DNA of 37,093 bases from an uncultured Campylobacter sp. (lineage in GTDB: Bacteria > Campylobacterota > Campylobacteria > Campylobacterales > Campylobacteraceae). This document shows positions 18,977 through 27,824 of the stretch, piece after piece. Below the pieces are notes generated by a model. It was not told where the DNA came from and did no database searches. It saw only the letters and a list, made by a program, of their open reading frames with translations. The stretch's first letter is position 1; every line of letters starts with the position of its first letter. A program made the position numbers and the translations under genes. The stretch is from NCBI GenBank assembly GCA_900319915.1, contig ONQI01000103.1, positions 1 through 37,093 on the forward strand, in the 5' to 3' direction.

Positions 18977-20089
18977 ATGAAATTTTTAAGTATAATTTTC
19001 GCATTTTTTATCACCACTTCGGCTTACGCATATATTTGGCATGAAGACGATTACGGCGCGCAGCTAAGAGTCCTCAAAGAGCTCGATATAGACGCGAGCT
19101 ATATGAAAGACCCGCACTTTTTGGAAATGCAAGCCAGCTCCACAAGCGCCAATCGCAAGCATTTTTTGCGTGCGCTCGAGGAGCAATCTAGACACATTGG
19201 TATGCTAAAAAGCGCGCTTGGCAAAAACGAAATCCCAAAATCCATTCTTTATCTGGCCGTTGTCGAGAGCGGTTTAGCCAACCACGCCACTTCGGGCAAA
19301 AAAGCCGCCGGCATTTGGCAGCTCATGCCTAGTTCGGCGCGTATTTTGGGTTTGCGCGTAGACAAATACATAGACGAGCGCCGCGACCCGGTAGCTTCGA
19401 CCAAAGCCGCTCTCAAATATCTCACGACCCTCAAAGAAAAATTTGGCAAATGGTATTTGGCGTTGCTCGCTTACAACTGCGGCGACGGTAAACTCCAAAA
19501 AGCCATCGCCGCCGCTGGTAGCGATAAACTAAGCGTGCTTATAAATCCGGAAAAAAAATACCTAAGCAAGGAAACTCGCACTTTTATCCGCAAAATTTTA
19601 CTTACCGCCAAGGTAGCCGAAGACGTGAATTACATCATCGCGGGAGATTCGGCGTTATTTAACAATCCCGTTCAAACAAATATTGCCAAAGTGGACGTGC
19701 CCGCCGGCGCCAGTCTGAGGGCCGTCGCTAGGAGTGCTGGAATCAGCGAAGCTCGCATAAAAGAGCTAAATCCCCATATTTTAAAAGGAGTAATCCCCGC
19801 AAACGTCGGCAGTTACGCGGTTTATATCCCGCGCGGCAAAGAAGAGCAATTTTTGGCTAATTTCGATGCCAAAAGTGCGGTGAGTGCGGGCAAAGCGGTG
19901 CTTGCAAGCGATAAAGACGGCAAAAAGAGCGAGAGAAAGATTTCAAATTTGAATTATGTGGTCAAAAAGGGCGATACCTTGCTTGGAATTTCGCACAAAT
20001 TTGGCGTGAAAGTGAGCGCGCTTAAAAAAGCCAACGGTATGAGGGATTCAAATTTGAATATAGGAGAGAGTATTGTTATCCCTCAATAA
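18977..20089 (+). CDS. MltD-like lytic transglycosylase with LysM domains
   Basis: LAVVES, AAGIWQLMP, DERRDP, AYNCG, ETRTF; C-terminal LysM YVVKKGDTL. Confidence 0.9.
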   Translation: MKFLSIIFAFFITTSAYAYIWHEDDYGAQLRVLKELDIDASYMKDPHFLEMQASSTSANRKHFLRALEEQSRHIGMLKSALGKNEIPKSILYLAVVESGLANHATSGKKAAGIWQLMPSSARILGLRVDKYIDERRDPVASTKAALKYLTTLKEKFGKWYLALLAYNCGDGKLQKAIAAAGSDKLSVLINPEKKYLSKETRTFIRKILLTAKVAEDVNYIIAGDSALFNNPVQTNIAKVDVPAGASLRAVARSAGISEARIKELNPHILKGVIPANVGSYAVYIPRGKEEQFLANFDAKSAVSAGKAVLASDKDGKKSERKISNLNYVVKKGDTLLGISHKFGVKVSALKKANGMRDSNLNIGESIVIPQ

Positions 20090-20870
20090 ATCATTCGTCG
20101 CCGCTATTTGCTTGCTTTTTGCGGGTTGTAGTGCGGTGAGATTGCCGTATTATCCCAGCAATGATTTTAAGAGCAACAAACCAAATACTTCGGCCAAAAC
20201 TCAAGCCGCGACTATGCGCCCTTATGTCGTCAATGGCAAGACTTATTATCCTACTACCGTTTCTGTCGGAGATACCGCAAGTGGTATCGCGAGCTGGTAT
20301 GGACCTGATTTTCACGGTAAAAAAACCAGCAACGGAGAGATTTATAATATGCATGGCATGACGGCCGCGCACAAGACTTTGCCGATGAATACGATGGTCA
20401 AAGTAACAAACTTGCGCAATGGTAAAACCGCCGTAGTGCGCATAAACGATCGCGGTCCGTTTGTCTCTGGACGTATCATCGACTTGACCAAAGCCGCCGC
20501 TTCTAAAATTGCGATGATAGGCACTGGCACGGCTCCTGTGAAGCTTGAAATCGTCGGCTTTTACGGTCAAACGAATACTTCTACTGGTGGAAGCGGCAAG
20601 ACAAGTCGAGCCGGCGTTCAAAAAGTAAGGAGTGTTTCAAGCGGAAATTTCCTTGTGCAAATCGGTATGTTTAGAAATAGAGCCGGCGCATATGCATTCA
20701 AAAATCAAAATAGCAATGTGAACGGTTATCAAACGACCGTTCGAGAATATAGTGACGATGAGGGGAAATTTTACCGCGTTTACGTAGTAGGATTTAGAAG
20801 CGAAGACGAAGCGCGCGATTTTGTGGCAGCTAAGCACTTTACGGGCGCATTTATCGTAGGAGATTATTAA
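20073..20870 (+). CDS. rlpA: RlpA septal lytic transglycosylase lipoprotein with SPOR domain
   Basis: Lipobox FAGC, ASWYG, TAAHKTLP, RINDRGPF, C-terminal VQIGMF SPOR domain. Exact start uncertain. Confidence 0.92.
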   Translation: MLSLNKSFVAAICLLFAGCSAVRLPYYPSNDFKSNKPNTSAKTQAATMRPYVVNGKTYYPTTVSVGDTASGIASWYGPDFHGKKTSNGEIYNMHGMTAAHKTLPMNTMVKVTNLRNGKTAVVRINDRGPFVSGRIIDLTKAAASKIAMIGTGTAPVKLEIVGFYGQTNTSTGGSGKTSRAGVQKVRSVSSGNFLVQIGMFRNRAGAYAFKNQNSNVNGYQTTVREYSDDEGKFYRVYVVGFRSEDEARDFVAAKHFTGAFIVGDY

Positions 20871-21442
20871 TGATAAAAAAAATTCGCAACACAAAAGAAA
20901 CAAAAATAGAACTTGCGCTTGAGCTAAATGGGCGTGGAGAATGCGATATATCCACCGGCGTGGGCTTTTTTGATCACATGCTTAGCGCCCTAGCTAAACA
21001 CGCTTTGATCGATTTAAATTTGAAATGCGAGGGCGACCTCGAAGTAGACGCTCATCATAGCGTGGAGGACTGCGGCATTGTGCTGGGTGAGGCTTTGCGT
21101 GAGGCGATATATCCTCTTAACGCGGTCGAGAGATTTGGCAACGCCGTCGTCGTGATGGATGAAGCGGCGGTAGAATGCGCGCTAGACCTTTCAAACCGCG
21201 CCTATTTAGTTTTTGAGTGCGAAATGAAAGAGCGCGTGGGAGAGTTTGACACCGAGCTTGTTGAGGAGTTTTTTACCGCGCTCGCAAGCAACGCGCGTAT
21301 CACACTGCATTTGAACAAACTTCGCGGACGCAACGCTCACCATATCGCGGAAGCCGCTTTCAAAGCGTTCGCCGTCGCGCTTCGCCGTGCGCTTATGCCG
21401 AATCCTAGGATTAGCGTACCTAGCACCAAGGGCGTGCTATGA
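20870..21442 (+). CDS. hisB: Imidazoleglycerol-phosphate dehydratase (monofunctional)
   Basis: TGVGFFDHML, DAHHSVED, MDEA, NAHHIAEAAFKA, PSTKGVL. Confidence 0.97.
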   Translation: MIKKIRNTKETKIELALELNGRGECDISTGVGFFDHMLSALAKHALIDLNLKCEGDLEVDAHHSVEDCGIVLGEALREAIYPLNAVERFGNAVVVMDEAAVECALDLSNRAYLVFECEMKERVGEFDTELVEEFFTALASNARITLHLNKLRGRNAHHIAEAAFKAFAVALRRALMPNPRISVPSTKGVL

Positions 21443-21930
21443 TAGAAATCATATTTCTCGACGTGGACGGTTGCCTTAGCGACGGCGGGATTTACAAAGG
21501 CAACGCGGGCGAGGAGTTTAAACGCTTCGACGTCAAAGACGGGTTTGCGCTTGAACAATGGAACAAGCGCCTCGGTAAAATTAGCGCGATAATTACGGGC
21601 AAAACCTCGCAAATAGTCGAAAATAGGGCGAAGGAACTTGGCGTGAAATATTGCTTTCAAGGCGTGAAAGACAAGCTTGCCAAAGCCGGCGAAATTTTAG
21701 CCGCCGAGGGGCTGGATTGGGAAAACGCCGCCGCGATAGGAGACGATTTAAACGATATGCGCTTGCTCGCTAAAGTGGCTGTGAGTTTTGCGCCCTCGGA
21801 CGCCGTTAGCGAGGTAAAACCCAGCGTACGCCTAAATCACGCGGGCGGTCGCGGCGCGGTGCGCGAAGCGCTCGAGATTCTCATCGAGCGTTCAAATTTG
21901 AAACAAAAATGGCTTGAACCTTGGCTATAA
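21439..21930 (+). CDS. kdsC: KDO-8-phosphate phosphatase (HAD)
   Basis: LDVDGCLSDG, FDVKDG, IGDDLND, GGRGAVRE. Upstream of lptC/lptA. Confidence 0.9.
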   Translation: MIEIIFLDVDGCLSDGGIYKGNAGEEFKRFDVKDGFALEQWNKRLGKISAIITGKTSQIVENRAKELGVKYCFQGVKDKLAKAGEILAAEGLDWENAAAIGDDLNDMRLLAKVAVSFAPSDAVSEVKPSVRLNHAGGRGAVREALEILIERSNLKQKWLEPWL

Positions 21931-22442
21931 GGATTTTTTATTTCATTTTAACGATGTTTAGTTTGAGCGTCGTTTTTCTCATGATAGGTAAGCCCTACGA
22001 TTTGAGTGTGGACGCAAACGATATAAAAGTGGCGAACTTGCAGGCTTACGACGTGCTAAATTACGAGCTGGATTCAAATTTGACTCACGGCAAATACCGC
22101 GCGGAAGTAGTTACGCGGTATCGCAAATACGACGAGCTCACAAAAGTAAGCGGCGAGTATATTGACGATAAGGGTTCGCTGCATACTCTTAGCGGCGATA
22201 AGGGCACGATAAAAGGCAACGTCATGCGCGTAGACGGCAACGGGCATTATAGAAACGTTTTTGAAAACGTAGATTACAAATCAAAAACCATAATTTACGA
22301 TAAAAAAGCACTTCGTAGTCCCACGCCTTTCGTGCTCACGCAAAACGCCGACAAAGTCACCGGCGCGAGCGCGAATTATAATATAGATACCAAACAACTC
22401 AAAGCTAAAAAGGTAAAAGCATGGTTACAAACAAAAGATTAA
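21921..22442 (+). CDS. lptC: LptC-like LPS export protein
   Basis: Single N-terminal TM helix followed by a beta-rich domain; lies between kdsC and lptA. Confidence 0.65.
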   Translation: MAIRIFYFILTMFSLSVVFLMIGKPYDLSVDANDIKVANLQAYDVLNYELDSNLTHGKYRAEVVTRYRKYDELTKVSGEYIDDKGSLHTLSGDKGTIKGNVMRVDGNGHYRNVFENVDYKSKTIIYDKKALRSPTPFVLTQNADKVTGASANYNIDTKQLKAKKVKAWLQTKD

Positions 22443-22906
22443 TAATTTTTGGCGCGTTTATGGCGTTCGCGCTTTCAAATTTGAACGCCGAGCAGGTCGA
22501 GGTCACGACGGCTGATTTTTTCGCCGATGAGAACAAGCTCATAAGCGATCTAAAAGGCGGCGTGCATATCAAAAAAGGCGATTTTGACGAGCTTACGAGC
22601 GAGAGCGGACGCATATATTTTAACAAAGAAAAACAACCAGTAAAATACGTCGCCACGGGCAACGTGAAGATGAAAGCCATCGTCAATGGCAAAAAATACG
22701 ACGGTAGCGGCGACGAGGCGACTTACGAGCCCGCGACCTCGACTTACACGCTTACGGGCAAGGCGTATTTACACGAAATCGACACCGACAAAAAAGTATA
22801 TGGCAACCGCATCACCGTCAATCAAAAAGACGGCACTTATCACGTCGATAGCGCGGATAAACAGCCCGTACGTATGATTTTCCAAGTCGAAGACGCCAAA
22901 AAATGA
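22421..22906 (+). CDS. lptA: LPS transport periplasmic protein LptA (OstA family)
   Basis: Signal peptide, EQVEVTTADFFADE, YVATGNV, VYGNRITV, PVRMIF. Confidence 0.85.
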   Translation: MVTNKRLIIFGAFMAFALSNLNAEQVEVTTADFFADENKLISDLKGGVHIKKGDFDELTSESGRIYFNKEKQPVKYVATGNVKMKAIVNGKKYDGSGDEATYEPATSTYTLTGKAYLHEIDTDKKVYGNRITVNQKDGTYHVDSADKQPVRMIFQVEDAKK

Positions 22907-23496
22907 TAAAAATCACGGACGCTAAGTTTCTTATTTCCAGCCCAAATTTGGCGCTATGTCCTGATTTTGGTATGAGCGAAGTAGCTTTTTTAGGACGTAG
23001 CAACGTGGGTAAGAGCTCGCTTATAAACGCGCTAACCGGGCGCAATAGCCTTGCTAAATCAAGCTCCACACCGGGCAAAACGCAGCTTATTAATTTTTTC
23101 GAGGTTGCGTTCGACAGGGATGGCGAAAAAATTCCCGCGATTTTTGTGGATTTGCCGGGCTTTGGATATGCGAAAGTTTCCAAATCCATGCATGCGGACT
23201 GGCATTCAAATTTGAACGACTATCTCAAAAATCGTCCCCATATTCGCAGTTTTGTGCATCTCGTAGACGCTCGCCATTTTGACCTTGAAGCGGATTTAAA
23301 TTTGAAAGATTATTTGCGCTCTTTCGTGCGCGGCGATCAAAAAATTCTCACTATTTACACTAAGGCCGACAAGCTCAACCAAAGCGCCAAGGCCGCGCTT
23401 CGCAAAGCAGACCCTGCGGGACTGCTCGTCTCCACGCTCAAAAAAACTGGGCTTGACGAGGCTAGAGAAGCTGTGTTTGGGAGTATGTTCGCATGA
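22903..23496 (+). CDS. engB: GTP-binding protein EngB/YihA
   Basis: GRSNVGKSS, SSTPGKTQLINFF, DLPGFGYA, TKADK. Confidence 0.96.
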   Translation: MIKITDAKFLISSPNLALCPDFGMSEVAFLGRSNVGKSSLINALTGRNSLAKSSSTPGKTQLINFFEVAFDRDGEKIPAIFVDLPGFGYAKVSKSMHADWHSNLNDYLKNRPHIRSFVHLVDARHFDLEADLNLKDYLRSFVRGDQKILTIYTKADKLNQSAKAALRKADPAGLLVSTLKKTGLDEAREAVFGSMFA

Positions 23497-24128
23497 GTGG
23501 AGTTAAATTTGAAAATAGCAATTCAAATTTGAATAATAATCAAGCCGAAGTAATTTTACGCAAGGCTCGCCCTAGAGACATCGCCGCCATGCAAGCCCTA
23601 GTCGCTCCCGAAGTCGCCGCCGGGGTGATTTTGCCTCGCGCCGACGACGTGGTAGCGACCAACATTCGCTCGTATACGCTCGCATTTTCGGTAGGTCCAA
23701 AATTGAATAGCGAGGAAACCGAAAATTTAGTCCGCATAGCCGGGCAATCACGCGAAGCGCGGGGTTGCGGGGCGGTGAGCCCCGACCGCAAAGACGGGCT
23801 TTGCTCGTCTGCGGAATCAAATTTGATAGGATACTGCGCTTTGCATATCCATACTGCCGCCTTAGCCGAGGTGCGCTCTCTCATAGTCTCTCCTTCTCAT
23901 AGGGGTCAAGGCGTGGGAGGCGCGCTTGTTCGAGCGCTCCTTGATGAAGCTCGAGAACTTGGCCTTAAGCAAGTTTTTGCGCTTACGTATCAAGATAAAT
24001 TTTTTGAAAAGTTGGGATTTAAACAAATCCCCAAAACCGACCTCCCGGCCCAAAAAATATGGTCGGATTGCGTCAAATGTAAACACTTTCCAACATGCAA
24101 CGAGATCGCGCTAATTTATCCTCTTTGA
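23493..24128 (+). CDS. GNAT acetyltransferase (short ArgA-like), carrying an in-frame repeat insertion
   Basis: LRKA...ILPR, AEVRSL, HRGQGVG acetyl-CoA loop, VFALTY...FFEKLGF, KIWSDCVKC. About 45 extra residues at 23688-23822. Confidence 0.88.
   Translation: MSGVKFENSNSNLNNNQAEVILRKARPRDIAAMQALVAPEVAAGVILPRADDVVATNIRSYTLAFSVGPKLNSEETENLVRIAGQSREARGCGAVSPDRKDGLCSSAESNLIGYCALHIHTAALAEVRSLIVSPSHRGQGVGGALVRALLDEARELGLKQVFALTYQDKFFEKLGFKQIPKTDLPAQKIWSDCVKCKHFPTCNEIALIYPL
23727..23813 (+). repeat. 87-bp palindromic repeat (family B, coding copy)
   Basis: 83/87 identical to 27230-27315. Internal hairpins CGCG-AAG-CGCG, CGGGGC-N5-GCCCCG and AGACGGGC-TTT-GCTCGTCT. Confidence 0.92.
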
Positions 24129-24583
24129 GATTTACCGCTTTTTGCGTTTTGCTTGTAGCATACGAGATTGCGAGCGCCGCGACGCAGTTTTTGCCGCCGC
24201 TCATAGGTGTGATGTTCGCTTATCTCGTCATACAAAAAGCCACGCTTGATAGAGACTTAGACGAGCTTTCCGCGCGAGAATATTTAGGTTTTGGTTTTCT
24301 TGTTTTTGCGGAACTTTTGCATGGATTTATGCTCTTTTCTTGCGCTTTGGCGTTTTTGGTTTTTTATTACTTTATTTATGATTGGCTTATCGTAAATTTC
24401 AAATATCGTCAACTTTTGCTAGGCGTTTTTGTTTTTGCGGGCTACGCGGGCGCGCTGATAGTTAGCGACTTGATACTTTACGTGATGAACGAGGCTCATT
24501 TGAGCCTAAATTACCGTTATCTCGCGTTCGCTCTTGTTGAGTCTGTACTCGCGACCGCGTTATTTAAGGATAAGATACTATGA
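24095..24583 (+). CDS. Integral membrane protein, MreD-like
   Basis: About 5 TM segments, 162 aa, directly upstream of and overlapping mrdA. Function inferred from position. Confidence 0.6.
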   Translation: MQRDRANLSSLRFTAFCVLLVAYEIASAATQFLPPLIGVMFAYLVIQKATLDRDLDELSAREYLGFGFLVFAELLHGFMLFSCALAFLVFYYFIYDWLIVNFKYRQLLLGVFVFAGYAGALIVSDLILYVMNEAHLSLNYRYLAFALVESVLATALFKDKIL

Positions 24584-26382
24584 GAATGCGAATTGCCTTC
24601 GGCGTGCTCATCGTGGTTTGGACGGTGCTCTTGACGCGCGTTTATTATCTTAGTATCAAAACGGGCGATTATTACGCGCAAATTGCCGAGCAAAACGTGC
24701 TAAAAACGGAAAAAATTCCGCCCATCAGAGGCCAGATACTAGACCGTCGCGGCAGACCTCTGGCGGTAAATAAATTAGGCTTTTCGGTGCTAATTAAGCA
24801 TCATATCAAAAAGCAAGAAATAATTGACGCCGAAATCGCCGCGCTTGTAGAGTGCTTCCCCGATCTTAACGCCACGAAACTCGCTCGCGAATACAAAAGA
24901 AACGATTCTCCATATAATCAAGATTTCGTCGAGGTTATCGACTTTATTGATTACGACAAAATGCTAACGTCTTTTGCCAAGCTTAGTTTCCGCGAAAACC
25001 TCGAAATTCGCCCGATTAGCAAGAGATTTTATCCTCATAACGAGCTCGCCAGCCACGTCGTGGGCTACGTGGGTCGCGCCAACCTCAAAGACGTAGAAAT
25101 CGACCCGACTGCTAAATTAACCGGTCAAATGGGGCGTAGCGGAGTAGAACGCTATTATCACGAGCTTTTACAAGGTGAGAGCGGCGAGCGCAAGACTAGG
25201 GTAACCGCGCTAAATCAAGAAATCGAGCAAGTGTCTTACAAAAAGCCTTCTAGTTCGGACATTGTGCTGACTTTGGATATGGAGCTCCAAGAATACCTCG
25301 CCGAAGCCTTTGGCGACCAAGTGGGCGCGGCCGTGGTGATGGATTTGCGCGATGGCGCGATTTTAGCCGCCGCGAGCTTTCCAGAATACGACCTAAACCC
25401 GTTTGTAACAGGTATCAGCAAGACTCAGTGGGAAGAAATAATGGAAAATCCCGATCACCCTTTTACAAACAAGCTCGTTAACTCGCTCTATCCGCCGGGC
25501 TCGGTTGTGAAAATGACTATGGGTATGGCGTTTTTCGCGAGCGGCAAAATCGCGCCTACCACGCGCATTATGTGCGATCCTTATTACGAACTGGGCGGGC
25601 GCAAATTTCGCAATTGGCGCGATTGGGGATATTCGAATATGACTATCGTCGACGCTCTGCGCGAGAGCTGCGACACGTATTTTTATCGCGGCGCGCACAG
25701 CGTGGGGATAGACGTGATTACGGATACTTTGGTAAGGTTTGGCTTTGGAAGCAAGACGGGCGTGGATTTGCCAAACGAATACGTGGGCGTCGCGCCCGGA
25801 AGAGAGTGGAAGCGCGCAAGATTGCGCCAACCGTGGTATCAGGGCGACACGCTAAATACCTCGATCGGGCAGGGCAATTTCCTCGTAACCCCTATGCAAG
25901 TGGCTAAAAACACAGCCTATTTTGCGAGCGGGCTCGAAGTCACGCCGCATTTTTTGTGGAAAGTCAACGGCGAGGAAGTCAAATTTGAAAACCGCGACGT
26001 GCTAACGCCAGCTGAAAAATCCCAAATCGAATACGTCCGCAAAGGTATGTATGAAGTCGCCAACGTCCAAGGCGGCACGGCTCGTCGCACTCTCGAGCCC
26101 GCAAACGTCGTCATAGGCGCTAAAACGGGTTCCGCGCAAGTCGTCGGCATTTCTCAAACCGACAAAAAGCGCATCAAAGAAGAAGCGATGGAATACTACC
26201 AACGCTCGCATGCGTGGATAACGACCTACGCGCCTTTTGAAGCGCCTCGCTACGTCGTGACGGTGCTAGTCGAGCACGGCGCGCACGGCGGCGGCGCGGG
26301 CGGACCGGTGGCGGCCAAAATCTATAATAAACTCATTGAAATGGGATATATCGAGGAGAAATATCTCAAAAAGAAAAAGTAA
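24580..26382 (+). CDS. mrdA: Penicillin-binding protein 2 (class B transpeptidase)
   Basis: PIRGQILDR, YPPGSVVK (SxxK), SCD (SxD), KTG, SHAW. Confidence 0.95.
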   Translation: MRMRIAFGVLIVVWTVLLTRVYYLSIKTGDYYAQIAEQNVLKTEKIPPIRGQILDRRGRPLAVNKLGFSVLIKHHIKKQEIIDAEIAALVECFPDLNATKLAREYKRNDSPYNQDFVEVIDFIDYDKMLTSFAKLSFRENLEIRPISKRFYPHNELASHVVGYVGRANLKDVEIDPTAKLTGQMGRSGVERYYHELLQGESGERKTRVTALNQEIEQVSYKKPSSSDIVLTLDMELQEYLAEAFGDQVGAAVVMDLRDGAILAAASFPEYDLNPFVTGISKTQWEEIMENPDHPFTNKLVNSLYPPGSVVKMTMGMAFFASGKIAPTTRIMCDPYYELGGRKFRNWRDWGYSNMTIVDALRESCDTYFYRGAHSVGIDVITDTLVRFGFGSKTGVDLPNEYVGVAPGREWKRARLRQPWYQGDTLNTSIGQGNFLVTPMQVAKNTAYFASGLEVTPHFLWKVNGEEVKFENRDVLTPAEKSQIEYVRKGMYEVANVQGGTARRTLEPANVVIGAKTGSAQVVGISQTDKKRIKEEAMEYYQRSHAWITTYAPFEAPRYVVTVLVEHGAHGGGAGGPVAAKIYNKLIEMGYIEEKYLKKKK

Positions 26383-26413
26383 TTCGCGCGCGGCTCGCGC
26401 TCACTGCTCGCGC

Positions 26414-26538
26414 TTTTTGGCGATTTCGCGCGGGATTTGCAAAATCTCGCACGATGAACCTTTTGTTTTATTCACGCTCGATTTTTGCTTCACGGCGTGC
26501 AAATTAGCCTAAAAATCGCTTCGCCTTATTCCCCACGC
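26414..26538 (+). repeat. Family C intergenic repeat, copy 1
   Basis: 26489-26527 matches 31375-31412 at about 30/39. Shared CGATTTTT(T)GCTTC; both copies run into TTCAAATTTGAA. Confidence 0.55.
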
Positions 26539-26739
26539 TTCAAATTTGAATAATTGGTTTTCTTGCCCCTAGCGCGCCGCGAAACGCTCATCGCGCCCGC
26601 GCGACGGGTGCGCGCTAGCATTGCGAGCGAGCAAGAGGGGCGCGGCAATCTTGACTATTTACGAGCTACAAATCAAATTTGAATTAAACGTTTTTTTGGT
26701 AATTTGAAGGCGAGATTGCTTCGCCACGCTCGCAATGAC
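26539..26739. mobile_element. MITE/REP-like palindromic element (family A, copy 2, inverted relative to copy 1)
   Basis: 26539-26584 is 41/46 identical to the reverse complement of 11386-11431. Perfect inner inverted repeat CATTGCGAGCG (26619-26629)/CGCTCGCAATG (26727-26737). Confidence 0.65.
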
Positions 26740-26751
26740 GGCAAATTTGAA

Positions 26752-27147
26752 CTATTTTCTTTCAAATTTGATACTTACTTTATTTTTTTCAAAAAGTTGG
26801 CGCAGGTTTGCCGGGTTTTTGATACGTCCGATTCGCGCGTAGGCGTGCGACGGCGCGAAGTCGCTCGTGAAAATCATCACGTAGCGATTGTCGTATAGCA
26901 CGACGTCGCCTTCGTGGATTTGCGAGATTTTTTCGCTTTTGCCGGGGATAAATTCGGGGCTATAAAAGTATTTGCCGTCTTTGCTGACTGGCTGCATGCG
27001 CGCGTATAGCGGAAAGCGATCGCCAAAAGCGTTCGCGCTCTCGTTTTCAAACAATTCGCCCTCAAACTTCGCGCCGTCCACGCTCACGACCATTTCACTC
27101 GCGCCCAGCACACCGCCCAAAAACAAAGCCAAAATGATTTTTTTCAT
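26752..27147 (-). CDS. Secreted cyclophilin-like fold protein
   Basis: Short signal peptide, then FEGELFENESANAF..FPL..M, GDVVLY...MIF, YARIGRI, the pattern of the cyclophilin-like fold family. Confidence 0.65.
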   Translation of the reverse strand: MKKIILALFLGGVLGASEMVVSVDGAKFEGELFENESANAFGDRFPLYARMQPVSKDGKYFYSPEFIPGKSEKISQIHEGDVVLYDNRYVMIFTSDFAPSHAYARIGRIKNPANLRQLFEKNKVSIKFERK

Positions 27148-27229
27148 TAAGATTTTCCAAGATATAATTCAAATTTGAATTGCGCCACGTCAAGGGTATA
27201 ATTCAAATTTGAACCAAAAATACAAAAAA

Positions 27230-27315
27230 TTAGTCCGCATAGCCGGACAATCACGCGAAGCGCGGGGTTTCGGGGCGGTAGCCCCGAGCGCAAAGACGGG
27301 CTTTGCTCGTCTGCG
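27230..27315 (+). repeat. 86-bp palindromic repeat (family B, intergenic copy)
   Basis: Near-identical to 23727-23813; preceded by two TATAATTCAAATTTGAA direct repeats at 27163 and 27197. Confidence 0.92.
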
Positions 27316-27325
27316 AAATACAAAT

Positions 27326-27361
27326 AAAAAAGCGCGAACCTCGCCGAAGCGAAGCCCGCGC
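27326..27361 (-). terminator. Rho-independent terminator of cytochrome c553 gene
   Basis: Minus strand GCGCGGGCTTCGC-TTCG-GCGAGGTTCGCGC-TTTTTT, a 13-bp stem with a cUUCGg loop and a U tract. Confidence 0.85.
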
Positions 27362-27384
27362 CCAAAATAAACCGCGAAACGCGA

Positions 27385-27702
27385 TTATTTCAAGGTAGAA
27401 ATGTAGTCGTTTACGGCAGCCATGTCGTCGTCGCTAAGAGTGGCCATTTGACCTTTCATTACAGCACCCATGTTGTATTTGCCTTTACCCGCGCCGATTT
27501 CGCCTTTTTTGTAAGCTTTCATGTCGGCTAGACGCATAGCAGGGTCAAGGGTAGTAAGCACAGGAACTTTGTTAAGGTAGCTTTTTTCAGCTTTTGCACC
27601 GTGGCAAGCGACGCATTTTTTGAATACAGTCGCGCCGTCGGCGGCGAACGCCATAGAGCAAGCCATAGCGGCGGCACACGAAACTAGAAGTAATTTTTTC
27701 AT
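27385..27702 (-). CDS. Periplasmic monoheme cytochrome c553
   Basis: Signal peptide, CVACHG, MGAVMKGQ axial Met region. AAGGA RBS and TATAAT at 27735-27740 (minus). Confidence 0.92.
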   Translation of the reverse strand: MKKLLLVSCAAAMACSMAFAADGATVFKKCVACHGAKAEKSYLNKVPVLTTLDPAMRLADMKAYKKGEIGAGKGKYNMGAVMKGQMATLSDDDMAAVNDYISTLK

Positions 27703-27824
27703 CTTTCATCCTTTGAAATGGAATTTGTAAGAAAATTATAATCCTTTTGTATAAATCAAAAGTAAACGTAATTTTAAAATCGAAAATATTAAATTTAAAG
27801 GTAAATTTGAATAAAATCGCGTCT

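Noticed and set aside
20870-21442. hisB isolated among envelope genes
   Set aside because: Dispersed his genes are ordinary in Campylobacterales outside the C. jejuni group, and there is no sign of recent transfer.
26704-26898. 64-aa plus-strand ORF
   Set aside because: It starts inside the family A repeat and runs antisense to the cyclophilin-like gene.
27147-27365. 72-aa minus-strand ORF similar to ORF 23540..23884
   Set aside because: It is the antisense translation of the family B repeat plus a terminator; the shared peptide reflects the DNA repeat, not a gene family.
27747-27824. N-terminal extension of gmhB in the ORF track
   Set aside because: It is AT-rich divergent promoter DNA; the HAD domain starts at ATG 27825.
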